From the NCBI RefSeq assembly GCF_009914755.1, contig NC_060944.1: a DNA stretch of 64,000 bases. One strand, written 5' to 3'. Origin of the DNA: the human T2T-CHM13v2.0 reference genome, Homo sapiens. The first letter of the stretch is position 1, and every line of letters starts with the position of its first letter. The position numbers were made by a program, and so were the translations under genes. The notes beneath the pieces are model-generated. The model had not been told where the DNA came from, searched no databases, and was given only the letters and a program-made list of their open reading frames with translations. Positions 15,176 through 28,254 of this stretch are shown one piece after another.

Positions 15176-15837
15176 CTGGATAGGGCTGATTAAAAACAAA
15201 ATCAAATACACCTTCTAAGCTTCACTTTCCTGCTAGCTCTAGAGTTGGAGTTACTCCATCAAGATTGTGGAAGAGAGTGTGGTAGGAAGAATAATGGCAC
15301 CGCTGAAGATGTCCATTCTTTATCTGGATGAAGGATTTGGCCCATGGCTAATTAAAGCTGAAGTGAATTGGTCCGCAGTCATCTGGAGACGGAGTGGATC
15401 GGCACCCTACGCAGATGAGGGGATGGCTAGCACTTGGCCCACAGCCAATCCAAGGCACTTTCCTTTCCATCTGAGACATGGTGGAAGGTTGTATGGAGAG
15501 TAACCTTTGATTCTTTGTTATCCCAGCATGGCAAGATGGAGTTTTTCCTTTTGGCTTAGCTTTTGGAAGTGGGTGTTAATTGGTCTTAGAGTCCCTGCCC
15601 CCAGACCCAAGTGTTTCCCTTTTGATCCAGCCTTAGGAAGTCAGCACACATTGGCCTTAAGTTGCCTGGTCCAAACCCTATTCTCCTGCCTCAGTTCAAT
15701 CTGTCAATATGAAGGTTGAAAATACATCATTAAATGAGCATAGCTGTGGGCCAATAGAACTTTATTCATAACACTGAAATGTGAATTTTACATGATTTTT
15801 CACATCATGAACTAGTCTTCCTTTGTTTCCCACCCTA

Positions 15838-16381
<544 letters not shown>

Positions 16382-17236
16382 TTAAATGCAGCTACAAAGT
16401 TTTCCTGAATATTAGATATATTTGCAAGTTGCCAGCTTGTTAGATAAGCACTCACAGGGCGTTCTGCTCGCTGCTAGTTTGCCCTGATCAACACTTTTAT
16501 GTCGTGACCTATAAGAAAGCTCAGAGAACCTAGTGGCCAGGAATAGCAAAGGAAAACAGTTACGAGAGGAGGTAATTACCCTCTCTACCACCAAGAGATA
16601 GAGGATGGAGGGTGGAGGTTAAAAGGGTGGGCCCTGGAGTCACGGTAAATTACTCGGGGTAAATCATGTAAATTTTCTGGCCACCAGTTTCCTCATCTGC
16701 ATAATAGGGATGATGATAGTGTCTGTCTAATTATATCGTTGATAGGATTACATGTTATCATGCATTTAAAAGACTTAGTGTCTGCTTGTTAGTTTTTAAG
16801 TGGTTGGTTTTCACTACCTCCACTATTAACTACCCTGGCATAAAAAAGAAAAAGGAAAAAGAAAGGCAATTTGTACAATTAACTCCTAAAGAAGGTGAAA
16901 GAGTTAGTGGAAGAGATGAGAAAACTTTAATAACAAATAAATAAGAACTTTCAAGAAAATGCAATTTGGGTTTGATGACTTTCTGGAAGTAAAATGTTTG
17001 AAAAATTAAAAGAAATATCCAATAGTTGGACTGGAATAAATGGGAATCACGGTATAGTAAGTGATAGAACATCTCCTCATAGGGATGAAAGAACAGGTAG
17101 ACCAGGGGAAGGGAGGACATTTAGGAGGCAGGTGCAAAACACCCCACGAGAATCCAGGCTGCAGGGAAATACAGAATTAGAAGAGTTGGACAATTAATCC
17201 TATTTGAGAGGATAAGTTCAATGAGCTGAAGACTGA

Positions 17237-17541
17237 TTTTTTTTTTTTTTTTTTTTTGAGACAGGGTCTTGCTCTGTTACCCAGGCTGGAGTGCAGTGGT
17301 GCAATCTCGGCTCACTGCAACCTCTGCCTCCAGGTTCAAGCACTTCTGCCTCAGATTTCCAAGTAGCTGGGATTACAGGTGCACCACCTGTAATATGCCA
17401 CCGCACCTGGCTAATTTTCACATTTTTAGTAGAGATAGGGTTTCACAATGTTGGTCAGGCTGGTCTCGAACTCCTGACCTCAAGTGATCTGCCCACCTCC
17501 CAAAGTGCTGGGATTAGAGGCACGAGCCACTGCACCTGGCC
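17237..17541 (-). mobile_element. Alu (S-like)
   Basis: Reverse Alu dimer. Confidence 0.92.
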
Positions 17542-17714
17542 GGAAGTCTCAAATTTTGACACCGAAAGAGCACGTTGTTTCCAGGACTGGATTAATTCCT
17601 AAAGAACTCACCTTAGACACATGCTCTGTTTAAATTCTGAAGACTGAATCTTAGGAGAAAATCTGACAAGACTTCAGAGGGAAAGAAAAGAAGAGTTTAC
17701 TCACAAAACTAAAA

Positions 17715-19000
17715 GAATAAGTAATGGGGAAAGGACTCCCTATTGAATAAATGGTGCTGGAATAACTGACTAATCGTATGCAAAAGATTGAAACTGGACC
17801 CCTTTCTTACACTGTATACAAAAATCAACTCAAGATGGATTAAAGACTTAAATGTAAAACCTAAAACTATAAAAACCCAGGAAGATAACCTGGGAAATAT
17901 CATTCTGTACATAGCTTCTCGCAAAGATTTCATGTTGAAGACTCCAAAAACAATTGCAACAAAAACAGAAATTGACAAATGGGACCTAATCAAACTAAAG
18001 AGCTCTGTACAGCAAAAAGATATTGTCAACAGAGTAAACGGAAAACCTACAGAATGGGAGAAAATATCTGCAAACTATACCTCCAACAAAAGTCTAATAT
18101 CCAGAAACTATACGGAACTTAAACAAATTAACAAGCAAAAAACAACCCCGTTAAAAAGTGGGCAAAAGATATGAACATTTTTCAAAAGAAGACATACACA
18201 TGGCCAGCAAGCATATGAAAAAATGCTCACCATTACTAATCACTAGAGAAATGTAAATCAAAACCACAATGAGATACCATTTCACACCAATCAGAATGGT
18301 TATTATTAAAAAGTCAAAAAATAACAGATGCTGGAGAGGTTGCAGAGAAAAGAGAATACTTATACACTGCTGGTGGGAATGTAAATTAGTTCAGCCATTG
18401 TGGAAAGCAGTTTGGCGACTTGTCAAAGAACTTAAAACAGAAGTACTATTCAACCCAGCAATCCTATTATTGGATACATACCCAAAGGCATATATATAAA
18501 TCATTCTACCATAAAGACACATGCACATATATGTTCATTGCAGCACTATCCACAATAGCAAAGACATGGAATCAACTTAAATGCCCATCAGTGGTAGACT
18601 GGATAAAGAAAATGTGATACCTATATGCCATGGAATACTACACAGCCAAAAAAAGAACAAGATTATGTTCTTTGCAGCAACATGGATGGAGCTGGAGGCC
18701 ATTAATCTAAGTAGACTTAACATAGGAACAGAAAACCAAATACCATGTGTTCTTACTTATCAGTAAGAGCCAAATATTGAATACACATGAACACAAAGGA
18801 GGGGGCAAGAGTTGCTGGGGCCTACCTGAGGGTGGAAGTTGGGAGGAGGGTAAGGATAAAAAAATTACATATCAGGTCCTATGCTTATTACCCGGGGGAT
18901 GAAACGACCTCTACACCAAACCCCCATGACATGCAATTTACCTATATAACAAATCTACATGTGTACCTCTGAACCTAAAATAAAAGTGTAAAGAAAGAAA
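17715..19000 (+). mobile_element. 5'-truncated L1 (old L1PA/L1PB-type), degenerate ORF2 C-terminus and 3' UTR
   Basis: ORFs [63 protein letters not shown]; aataaa and A-rich tail. Confidence 0.93.
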
Positions 19001-19254
19001 TTGTATACCTTTAAAGCTTATTCACAATTATGACTCTCAATATATTAGCAATATATTAAACATATTTGTTTTTCAATAATACATATGTAGAAATTAATAA
19101 TATCTATTTTCACATTCAATATTGTGCATTCCTTGCAGTGCTTGCCCCTGATTTTGGAGATTAATGCTGCAGAAAATATAGAGCCAAAAAAGGCATAGGT
19201 AAGCAACAGAGCTGCATGATCGCATCTGTATTCTAGAAGTCCACTAGAAGAGTG

Positions 19255-19882
19255 GAGGAGGACAAATTCCTAGAAAGACACAAACTACCAAAACTGACTC
19301 AAGAAGAAATAGATAACCTAAGTAGACCTATAAAAAGTAAAGAGGTTGAATTACTAATGTTTAAACTTCCCATAAAGATTCAATCTTTGTAGGTCACATG
19401 CTTCTAGGAAGTCATCCATTTCTTCTAGGTTACATAACTTCCAGGCTACATAACAAAGGAAATAATTATCAGACTGAAGAAACAATCCATGAATTGAGAG
19501 AAAATATTTGCAAACTATAAATCTGAAAAGGGGCTGATATCCAAAGTATATAAGGAATTCAAAAACTCAACTGCAGGAAAACAAATAACCCAATTAAAAA
19601 TGAGCAAAGGTTCTGAACAGGCATTTCACTAAAGATTAGATACAATTGCCCAACAGATACATGACAAAATACTCAACATCTCTAATCATTAGGAAAATGC
19701 ACATTAAAACCATAATGAGATTTCACCTCACACCTGTTGGAATGGCTATTACCAAACAGATGAATGACAAGTGTTGGTGAAGATGTGAAGAGATGGGAAC
19801 CCTTGTGTACTCTTGGTGGGAATGTAAATAAGTACAGCCATTTTGGAAAACACCTTGAAGATTCCTCAAAAAACTGAAAGAA
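19255..19882 (+). mobile_element. Fragmented L1M ORF2 pieces
   Basis: gacaaattcctagaaagacacaaactaccaaaactgactcaagaagaaatag; ggtgggaatgtaaataagtacagcc. Confidence 0.8.
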
Positions 19883-20333
19883 CACCTTTGTCCTCTAACA
19901 AAGGTGTCATTGTGAGGTCCTTCCTCTGTAGTCAAGGCTCTCTGGGTCTGTGAATTTATTTAGGTCTGGGAACTAGGTATGAAGCCGTGGCTTTCTTTTG
20001 CAGTGACTCAAGTTAGACTTTTGCCTATCAAACCTACAGTTTGTCCAGTAATACCTTAGCAGATGGTCCAGCTATTTCATCTCCCCAAGGATACCAGGAT
20101 TGATTAGCTCCTGGTAAAAATCCCTGCATGTCAAACCTTCTGATTGCTATTGGTTCACGTTGCCCATACAGAACTTGCACTCACCTTGTCTGTGAAAGTT
20201 AAGTACTGCCACTTACCTTCTACCACCTTGAGATCTTTTCACTCTTATTGAAATCAGGAAAAAATAGTTTTTATAACATAGTGGTGCCAATTATGAGCCA
20301 TTAATGAGCTGTGTAACAACCTGGGAATCCAGG

Positions 20334-20694
20334 TGCTATGGTTTGAATGCTGCTGTCCCCCTCAAACTCATATGTTGAAGCCTCATTGCCAATGTGACAA
20401 TATTAGGAGGTGGGGCTTTTGGGAGTGCTTAGGTCATGAGGGTTTCACCCTCATTAATGGGATTAGTGCCCTTATGAAAGGGGCCACAGAGAGCTGCCTT
20501 GCCCCTTCCACCATGTGAGGACACAGAGCGAAGGTGCCATCTGAGAGCCAGAAAGCAGTCCCTCCCCAGATATCACATCTGTTGGTGCCTTGATCTTGGA
20601 CTTCTCAGACTCCCAAACCATGAGAAATAAATTGTTGTTTATAAGGTACCCAGGCTGTGGTATTGTGTTACAGAAGCCCAAAAGGACTAAGACA
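20334..20694 (+). mobile_element. MaLR LTR (MSTD/MLT1A-like)
   Basis: tgctatggtttgaatg start, gaaataaattgttg, ggactaagaca end. Confidence 0.85.
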
Positions 20695-21523
20695 ACAAAA
20701 ATGAACAAAATAGGCACATCCCTAAGTGCACGGAGTTTACAGCCTACTGGCAAAGGCAGATAAACAATAACCACACTAATAATTGTATTTAACGGGTCTG
20801 AGACAGAGAGCTGTGTGCCAGGAATCATCCTGGAAGGATAGGTAGGGGTAAAATCAGAGTCCTCTCCATTCCCTCTCTTCCAAACTCACAATGCTTTTGT
20901 GTATTTTCACAGCCTCCTGCACATCCCTCTGTCCTGGCATGTTTAATGCCAGGCCATCAGGTAAGACATTCCAGGTCTTCTTTCCTGGAGTATAAGGACT
21001 ATGCCTCTTGTATCTCTTTAATCCAAGTGCCCATGAAAGGTTCTGTAAGTCATTGACTTCCTTAAATATTTTAAAAAATAAATGGAGGAACAAAGAGGGA
21101 GAAGTTACACCACCAACTGGGGAATGTCCAGGTGTTCATGTCTAAGAAAAGAGTAATCACTAGCTTTTCTCACTGTCTCTACCTGGATATAGGGACCCAA
21201 TCCAAGTAGATACTAAGAAAGATAATTCTACTGGCTGATATTAGATAGGATTGGGGGGAAGAAAAGATGAGGAAAGAAGAGAACATGGGGAAAAAACTGA
21301 ACTTGTGAAATGAAATAATGAGTGGAGTTGGAGGGAGGGTCCTTGGTGAGTATCAGTGCAGCCCAAAAGGATCAGGTAGTCTGAAGGGATAATGTCATCA
21401 TGGCTGGAGACTGGACACTCATAGGAACCCCCTCCTCTGACTGTATTTTTCTCTGTGACTTCTCCTGCGGTGGTAGATTGGGATTTTATTCCCAATTCTT
21501 CACTCCGTATAAAAGAATAATAT

Positions 21524-21680
21524 GGCCAGGTGTGGTGACTCATGCCTGTAATCGCAGCACTTTGGGAGACTGAGGTGGGAGAACAGTTTGAGCCCAGGAA
21601 TTTGAGGCTGCAAAGAGCTATGATGTAACACTGCACTCCAGCTTGGGCAACAGAGTAAGACCCTGTCTCAAAGAAAAGAA
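21524..21680 (+). mobile_element. Alu monomer (FLAM/FRAM-like)
   Basis: Single monomer with A-rich tail. Confidence 0.85.
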
Positions 21681-22921
21681 ATCATATGTCCACTTTTTTG
21701 TGGTAAGTACCTGCCTCTAGATTTGGAAGAGTTTACTTCCCCCACACCACTGTTGTTGGGCTCAGGCGTGGGACTTGATTTGGCCAATAGGATCTAAGCA
21801 GACATGATAGGAGCAGAGGCTTTCATTCCTGCACTTCTGCCATCCACCGTAAGATAAACATGCTCCGTTGGCACTGGTCCCAACATGAGAAACAACTGGA
21901 GGAAACCTGAACCTTTCCCTCAGCCTGAAGCAGAGCCAACACAGTCAACCCACAGATCTATGAGCAAGAAAAAAAATGGTTGTTATCGTGAGGGTTGCTT
22001 GTCATGCAGTATTATCACAGCAATATTGCACTACTACACTTGCTTTCTTTTTTGAGAATTTCATTCCACTCTCCCTTTTCTGCTTAACTTTCATGTATCT
22101 CAAATGATGTTATAATTTCTTTTTATATTTCTGATGAGGCTCAGGGATCTCCTTTTCCCCTCATCCACATACCTAAAAACCACCTTGTGCACATAACCAA
22201 TCCCACCCATTTGTAATGGGCTCTGTACAAAGGCCACATTAATTGCACCCCCCTCATCCACCACTCCCCCATTCCCACACACATACCCATGCTCTGCCAG
22301 GAAACCTCCTGTGTAGAGAAGCATCTGGGGTATGGGAAGAGCTTTGGTGTGTCAGAAAGATCTCAACAAAAGCATGAAGTTTAAGAGACATTGTGTAACC
22401 TGCCCTGGATCATACATTTTAACAGTTAGAATGTGTTTGGCCCCAAGTAACAAAAAACCTGATGAAGAGGGGCTTAAATCTTGAGAACAGTTATTGTTTA
22501 CTTAACAAGAAGTCTGGTTGTAGATGGTTCAAGAGTTGATTCAGTAGCTTCAGAATCAACTGGGTTGGCATCTTGGCAATTCTCTTGACCTTCCTTTCAT
22601 GGTTGTGAAATGGCTGCCACAGCTCCAAGCATCAGCACCCACGACCCCCAACCTGCATCCAAAAGCAAGAATAAGGGGGAAAGCCAAGGTAGCAAGAGAG
22701 ACTTTGTTTGCTTTCATCTCTTCTTTTATCATAGAAGAAAGTCTTTCTCAGGAAACCCCAAGTGAGCTTTCCCTTATGTTTCGTGGACAATTACGTCTCC
22801 TGGATCACAAGGCTACTCCTAGATGCAAAGGAAGCTAGGAAATGAGTTTTGATCATGAGTTTTGCTCACGCCTCTGTAGTGGAGGCAGAGATAGGAGCAG
22901 GGTTAGGAATGGCTGTTGGGT

Positions 22922-23690
22922 ATGTGGTAGAGAAAGAGAAGCATCATGCATTTATCCCTTCAAGAAGGACTTGCTTCTCTGCAGTGGGAAGTGTAGTCAG
23001 CAGACAACTTCCAGTTGTTAGTTCCTTCAGGGTCTGCCCCAGCTTCAGAGAGCTGTCTCACCCAAGGTCATGCCCTTCCCAGAGCAGCCCATACCCAGTT
23101 TATTAGTTCGTTTTCATGCTGCTGATAAAGACATACCTGAGACTGGGCAATTTATAAAAGAAAGGTTTAATGGGACTCACAGTTCCAAGTGGCTAGGGAA
23201 GCCTCACAATCATGGTGGAAGACAAGGAGGAGCAAGTCACATCTTACTAGATGGCAGCAGGCAAAGAGAGGAACTTGTGCAGAGTAACTCCTCTTTTTAA
23301 AATCATCGATCTCATGAGACTTATTCACTACCACGAGAACGGCACGGGAAAGGCTTGCCCCCATGATTCAATTACCTCCCACTGGGTCCCTCCCACAACG
23401 TGTGGGTGGGAATTTAAGATGAGATTTGGGTGAGAACACAGCCAAACCATATCACCCAGTAACAGAGCAAGGGAGGGGTATAAAAGCCCAATGGGAGATG
23501 CTCTACAAGCAATCCTTGCTCTGGAGCTCCCACTGGGTTGGACTTTGTCAGGCCTGCATCAAGTTAGACTTCTTCCTCTGCCCTGTTCTGCATTTTCCTC
23601 CTTCCTTTCACAGGTTTTGATCCCTAATAAACATCTTGCAGCTTAGGTGACTCTCAGTGTCTGCTCCTGCAGAATCCAATCAGTGATGGC
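22922..23690 (+). mobile_element. Old ERVL LTR (LTR16-like) interrupted by THE1
   Basis: cacccaaggtcatgcccttccc...ggggtataaaagcc...ctaataaacatcttgca. Confidence 0.55.
23099..23454 (-). mobile_element. THE1 solo LTR, full length
   Basis: Minus strand starts tgatatggtttggctgtg; 356 bp; exact 5-bp TSD cccag (23094-23098, 23455-23459). Confidence 0.9.
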
Positions 23691-23886
23691 ATCTTCCACA
23701 TACAGCAAAGAAGTGATATAGCCAGGATTAGAAACTAGGTCTGTCCAATTCCAAAGCCCCAACCCATCCCCACTCCCCAACCATACTGCCTCTTATGGCC
23801 ACCATATCCATTTCCTCAATAAGCACTCACTGAATGTCTACTCTGCCCCGAGACCTAAGTGGGACAATGGGGATGGTACTAGAGGC

Positions 23887-24272
23887 TGTACTGTCTTGTC
23901 TGTTTACCAAAACCCACATCCTTCTCTTCTCCCTGAGGACACATGTAGTCCGTATTTCCCAGCCTCCCTTGAAGCTAGTTGAGGCCAAACAACTGAGCTC
24001 TGGCTAGTGGAATATGAGCAGAAGTGATGTGTGCTGTTTTCCTGGTGAAAGTTTTTAGGAAGCAAATTCCATCCTCCATACTCTCTTTCCTTTTCCTTTG
24101 GCAGATGCAGAGACCAAAAAAGCCCTAGGATATGTAGAACCACAGATGGAAAAAACCTGGGTCCCTGAATCATTATGATGAGGGACAGCTATTCTATGAC
24201 AAACTTATATGGTGTATAGCAATTATAAACTGTGGAGTCAATTACCTCAGCCAAGCTTACACTAACTAATGC
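23887..24272 (+). mobile_element. Old MLT1-type LTR
   Basis: atttcccagcctcccttgaagctag, cctgggtccctgaatca. Confidence 0.6.
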
Positions 24273-24357
24273 ATGGATATAGAGATGAATCACAGATAGC
24301 CCCTCTCTTAAGGAACTCAGTCTAGTGGAGAAGCTGTGGATAGGAAGAGATACAGGG

Positions 24358-25075
24358 TTGTGTAGTTAGCAACTGGGCCTTGAGGGAGAGGTCTGATTTT
24401 TGTCCTGGCTCCTAGGAAGTAATTTCTAAACCCTTAGGATATCCTGATTAACAGGAGTGTCTTTGTTATTCATGGTGGGCTCCTGGGACCACAACTCACA
24501 GCTTATGCTAACCAGATGGCTTATAGTGAGTGCTGGCCATGCCAGAAAAATCAACCACAGGGTTAAAAGATTGGGGCTTTGGGCTATGTGATGTCAGCCT
24601 GACCTTTGGGTGTGGGGAGGGGTATGGAGGTTAAGTTCAACCATGTGGGCAATGATTCAATCAATCACCTCTACATAATGAAGTCCCAATAAAAACTCTG
24701 GACACTGAAGCACTGGTTAGCTTCCCTGGTTGGCCATACTTTGTCATACTGTTACTTATCAATGCTGGCAAGGTAACAGATACCGAGGACACGGGTGTTT
24801 AGCATTTGGAACCCTCCCAGATTCCTTCCTATGTCCCTTTCCCTTGGCTGGTTCTGATTCGCATTCTTCGCTTGTAATCAATGTGACTTGAGTAGAATAG
24901 CTTTCAGTGAGTTCTGTGAGTCTTTCTAGTGAATTATTGAGTATGAGGATAATCATAGGAACCCCCTTGTTTGTAGCCAGTCAGTATGAACTGATGGTGG
25001 CCCTGGAGATCCCCAAACTTGTATCTGGGGTCTGAAGGGAGAGGGGGAGATTGTTCCCTCAGACTTTGCTGACTT
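24358..25075 (+). mobile_element. MER21-like ERVL LTR
   Basis: gtctttgttattcatggtggg, aataaaaactctggacactgaagc, gagttctgtgagtctttctag. Confidence 0.7.
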
Positions 25076-25149
25076 TACAGCCTCAAGATTGCTGACTTTA
25101 CAGCCTCAAGATGTAAATAGCTTTAAAAGGTCACTAAGAAGTGACTGTA

Positions 25150-25222
25150 TACCATTGCACTCCAGCCTGGGTGACAGAATGAGACTCTGTCTCAAAAAAA
25201 AAAAAAAAAAGAAAAGAGGAAG
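25150..25222 (+). mobile_element. Severely 5'-truncated Alu with intact 14-bp TSD
   Basis: aagaagtgactgta at 25136-25149 and 25223-25236. Confidence 0.88.
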
Positions 25223-26643
25223 AAGAAGTGACTGTAATGTAGGCACCTGGTCAAGACAGCCTGGAGTGAATGGTGAATGTTCTGACACATGAGGTGCCCT
25301 GGCATCTGTTGCCCTACATGAGGGTCTCACCTGCAGTTGGTCTGTGGACAAAATATGACTCCCCGCTCAGTCCAGGCTCTGTCACTGACTTGCTGTGTGA
25401 TCCTTACAAATCACGAAACTCTCTCCAGACCTGTTTCCCCATATGAAAAACAGGGGGCCAGATGAGCTGATATCTTAGAGTGCCTCCATCTCTGACAACC
25501 TAAGGAGTTATTTCCTCAAGCTTCTTCAGAGAAGAAGGAAACTTCCTTCCCTGAACTCCTTCAGGAATTCTGAATCATCACATCCACTAATATCCAATAG
25601 ACAAATGTCCCCTGCCACATCCCTGTTGACTAGCATCTCCCCTCAGCTGGCTCATCTGCAGTGATGGGAAGCTCACTCTTTCATGGTGGGAGCAGTGTGG
25701 TTCTGTAAAAGAGCACAGCTCTGGGTTTCAGTCCCAGCTCTGTCCTTCCCTCTCTGTGATACCTTGAACCAATCACTCCATCTCCCCAAGGCTCAATTTT
25801 CCTCATCTGCAAAATGGGTGGACGAATACCTACACCATGGAGATACTGCGAAGAATGGAAAATAGCAGTGCATTTACCATCTGCTCACACCATGCTGGGA
25901 ATTGTTCTAAGTGCTGTGTTCATATTTTCTATCTGAAGAGGCAGGTAACATGGTATTCATCACCCCCAGAAAAGTAAGAAAGTTCTAGATGTTAAGGGAC
26001 AGAGCCAAGATTTGAACCAGCAACCATGTTCTGAACCACACAGCTGTTCTGCCACCACATACAGGATGTGAAGGGCTTAGCACAGGGCCTGACCTACAGC
26101 CACCTGACTCCATTGAGTGTACCAGCAAGACAGGCTGAGAGAGTGAGGGAGTGGGAACTGGCCTCCATAGGCATAGTCAGAGTTTTGCACAAAACAAGAA
26201 CCTAAGAGCTATTTTAATTTCAGCATACATGCAAGTTTTATGTTTTACAGTTTAGGTATTATTTGTATTCTGAGTCACTTATTTGGGGGAGAGCATCTTC
26301 ATATCAGTTTTTCAGGCATGGCACCTCCAAAGGTCATCATCTGGGCCTGCATCTCTCCCAGAACAGCCAGGTCTTCTGTGGGTCCATCAGATTATGAAAC
26401 TTCCCTTCTTGCCCGAATCCCAAATCTGACTCCCATGGTTCCTAGGTCCCCTCCCTTTCACTGCCCTGGAAGAGTCCTGCAGAGACCTCAAGGCAGTGGG
26501 CCAGCATTGCTTGTAAGTTCATGCATGGTACAAACCACCTTAAATGCATTCCGGGCATGGCAGGAGACCCATCAGACTTCCTAGAGCTGCCTGTGGTCAA
26601 GATTAGAAGAGGAGGCATCGGCCTGGCTGTGTCCTACCCTTGA

Positions 26644-27292
<649 letters not shown>

Positions 27293-28254
27293 TTAAAACC
27301 TCTTTATCACCATAATCTATCTCATTTGAGCCTCACAACTGCATTGCCTATGAGGAAGACCATGGGGCAGGGATTAGAGTCTCCTCAGCAGAAGAGGAAA
27401 CTGAGGCACAGAAAGAGGGAGTGAGGGAGCACATGGCCCATCAGTGATAGGGCTGGGTTGGGTAGGGGAGCCAGGCTCCTGAGGACAGGGTGTGCCTGAA
27501 CTCGAGCCTACTGTTGGTTGACGGACCTTCTTCTCCAACTCCCTCGCTGGGAACCACCGGCTTTGAGAGTAACTTCATGGGCAGTACTTATTCCTAAAAA
27601 GTCAAGAGAACTGCTTTCCTGCCACCAACTTGCTGTGTGTGTGACCTTGGGCAAGTCCCTCTGCTCTAAGCCTCTGTGGAATGTGGCGATCCCCTCAGGC
27701 TCCCCCACTGATTGAGATATTCTGACTAAACAACTGGTATCTGAATCACCTCCATCCCTTTGGGGTCCCTGGGATCCTCTACCAAAACGCAAGAGGGCTT
27801 GTAGCAGAGCTAACAGCACCATAGCATGATAACAACACTCGTCTCCATTTCTCCACTGCTTTCTACAGCCTCAACATCTAATGTAATCCTCACTACCAGG
27901 AGGTAGGCTCTGTAATTATCCCCATTTTATAGATGAGAAAACTGAGGCTCAGAGAAGTGAAGAAAGTGGCTGGGCTAGCATTGGAGGCTGGGGGGACTCC
28001 ACCTCAAAGGGCAGGCTCTTGATTCTATTGTCATCTACTCATAGAAGTTTCTGGAAGTTTGCTTTAGAAACTCCACTGTAGAAGCTCTATGGTCTTTCAG
28101 CCCCCACTCAAACTGAAGCCCTTCAGCTGCCCCTCAAGGATCGTGAGAACGAGGACACAGATGGGAAGGACCCACGTCCCCCAGCCTCTTCCCACCCACC
28201 CTCCTTGAGCCAGCCCCTCATCCTGGACTCACAAGCACATTGCAGCCCAGCCAG

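Larger units (their letters stand above)
13460..15693 (-). mobile_element. MER51-like ERV1 LTR split into 13460-~13832 and ~15320-15693
   Basis: Minus-strand start tgaggcaggagaataggg, end ...ggtaaca; flanks attc/gttc; truncated Alu at 13590-13710 inside. Confidence 0.7.

Noticed and set aside
17788-18972. L1 ORF2-like peptides
   Set aside because: Broken by stops and frameshifts, 5'-truncated; inactive fossil
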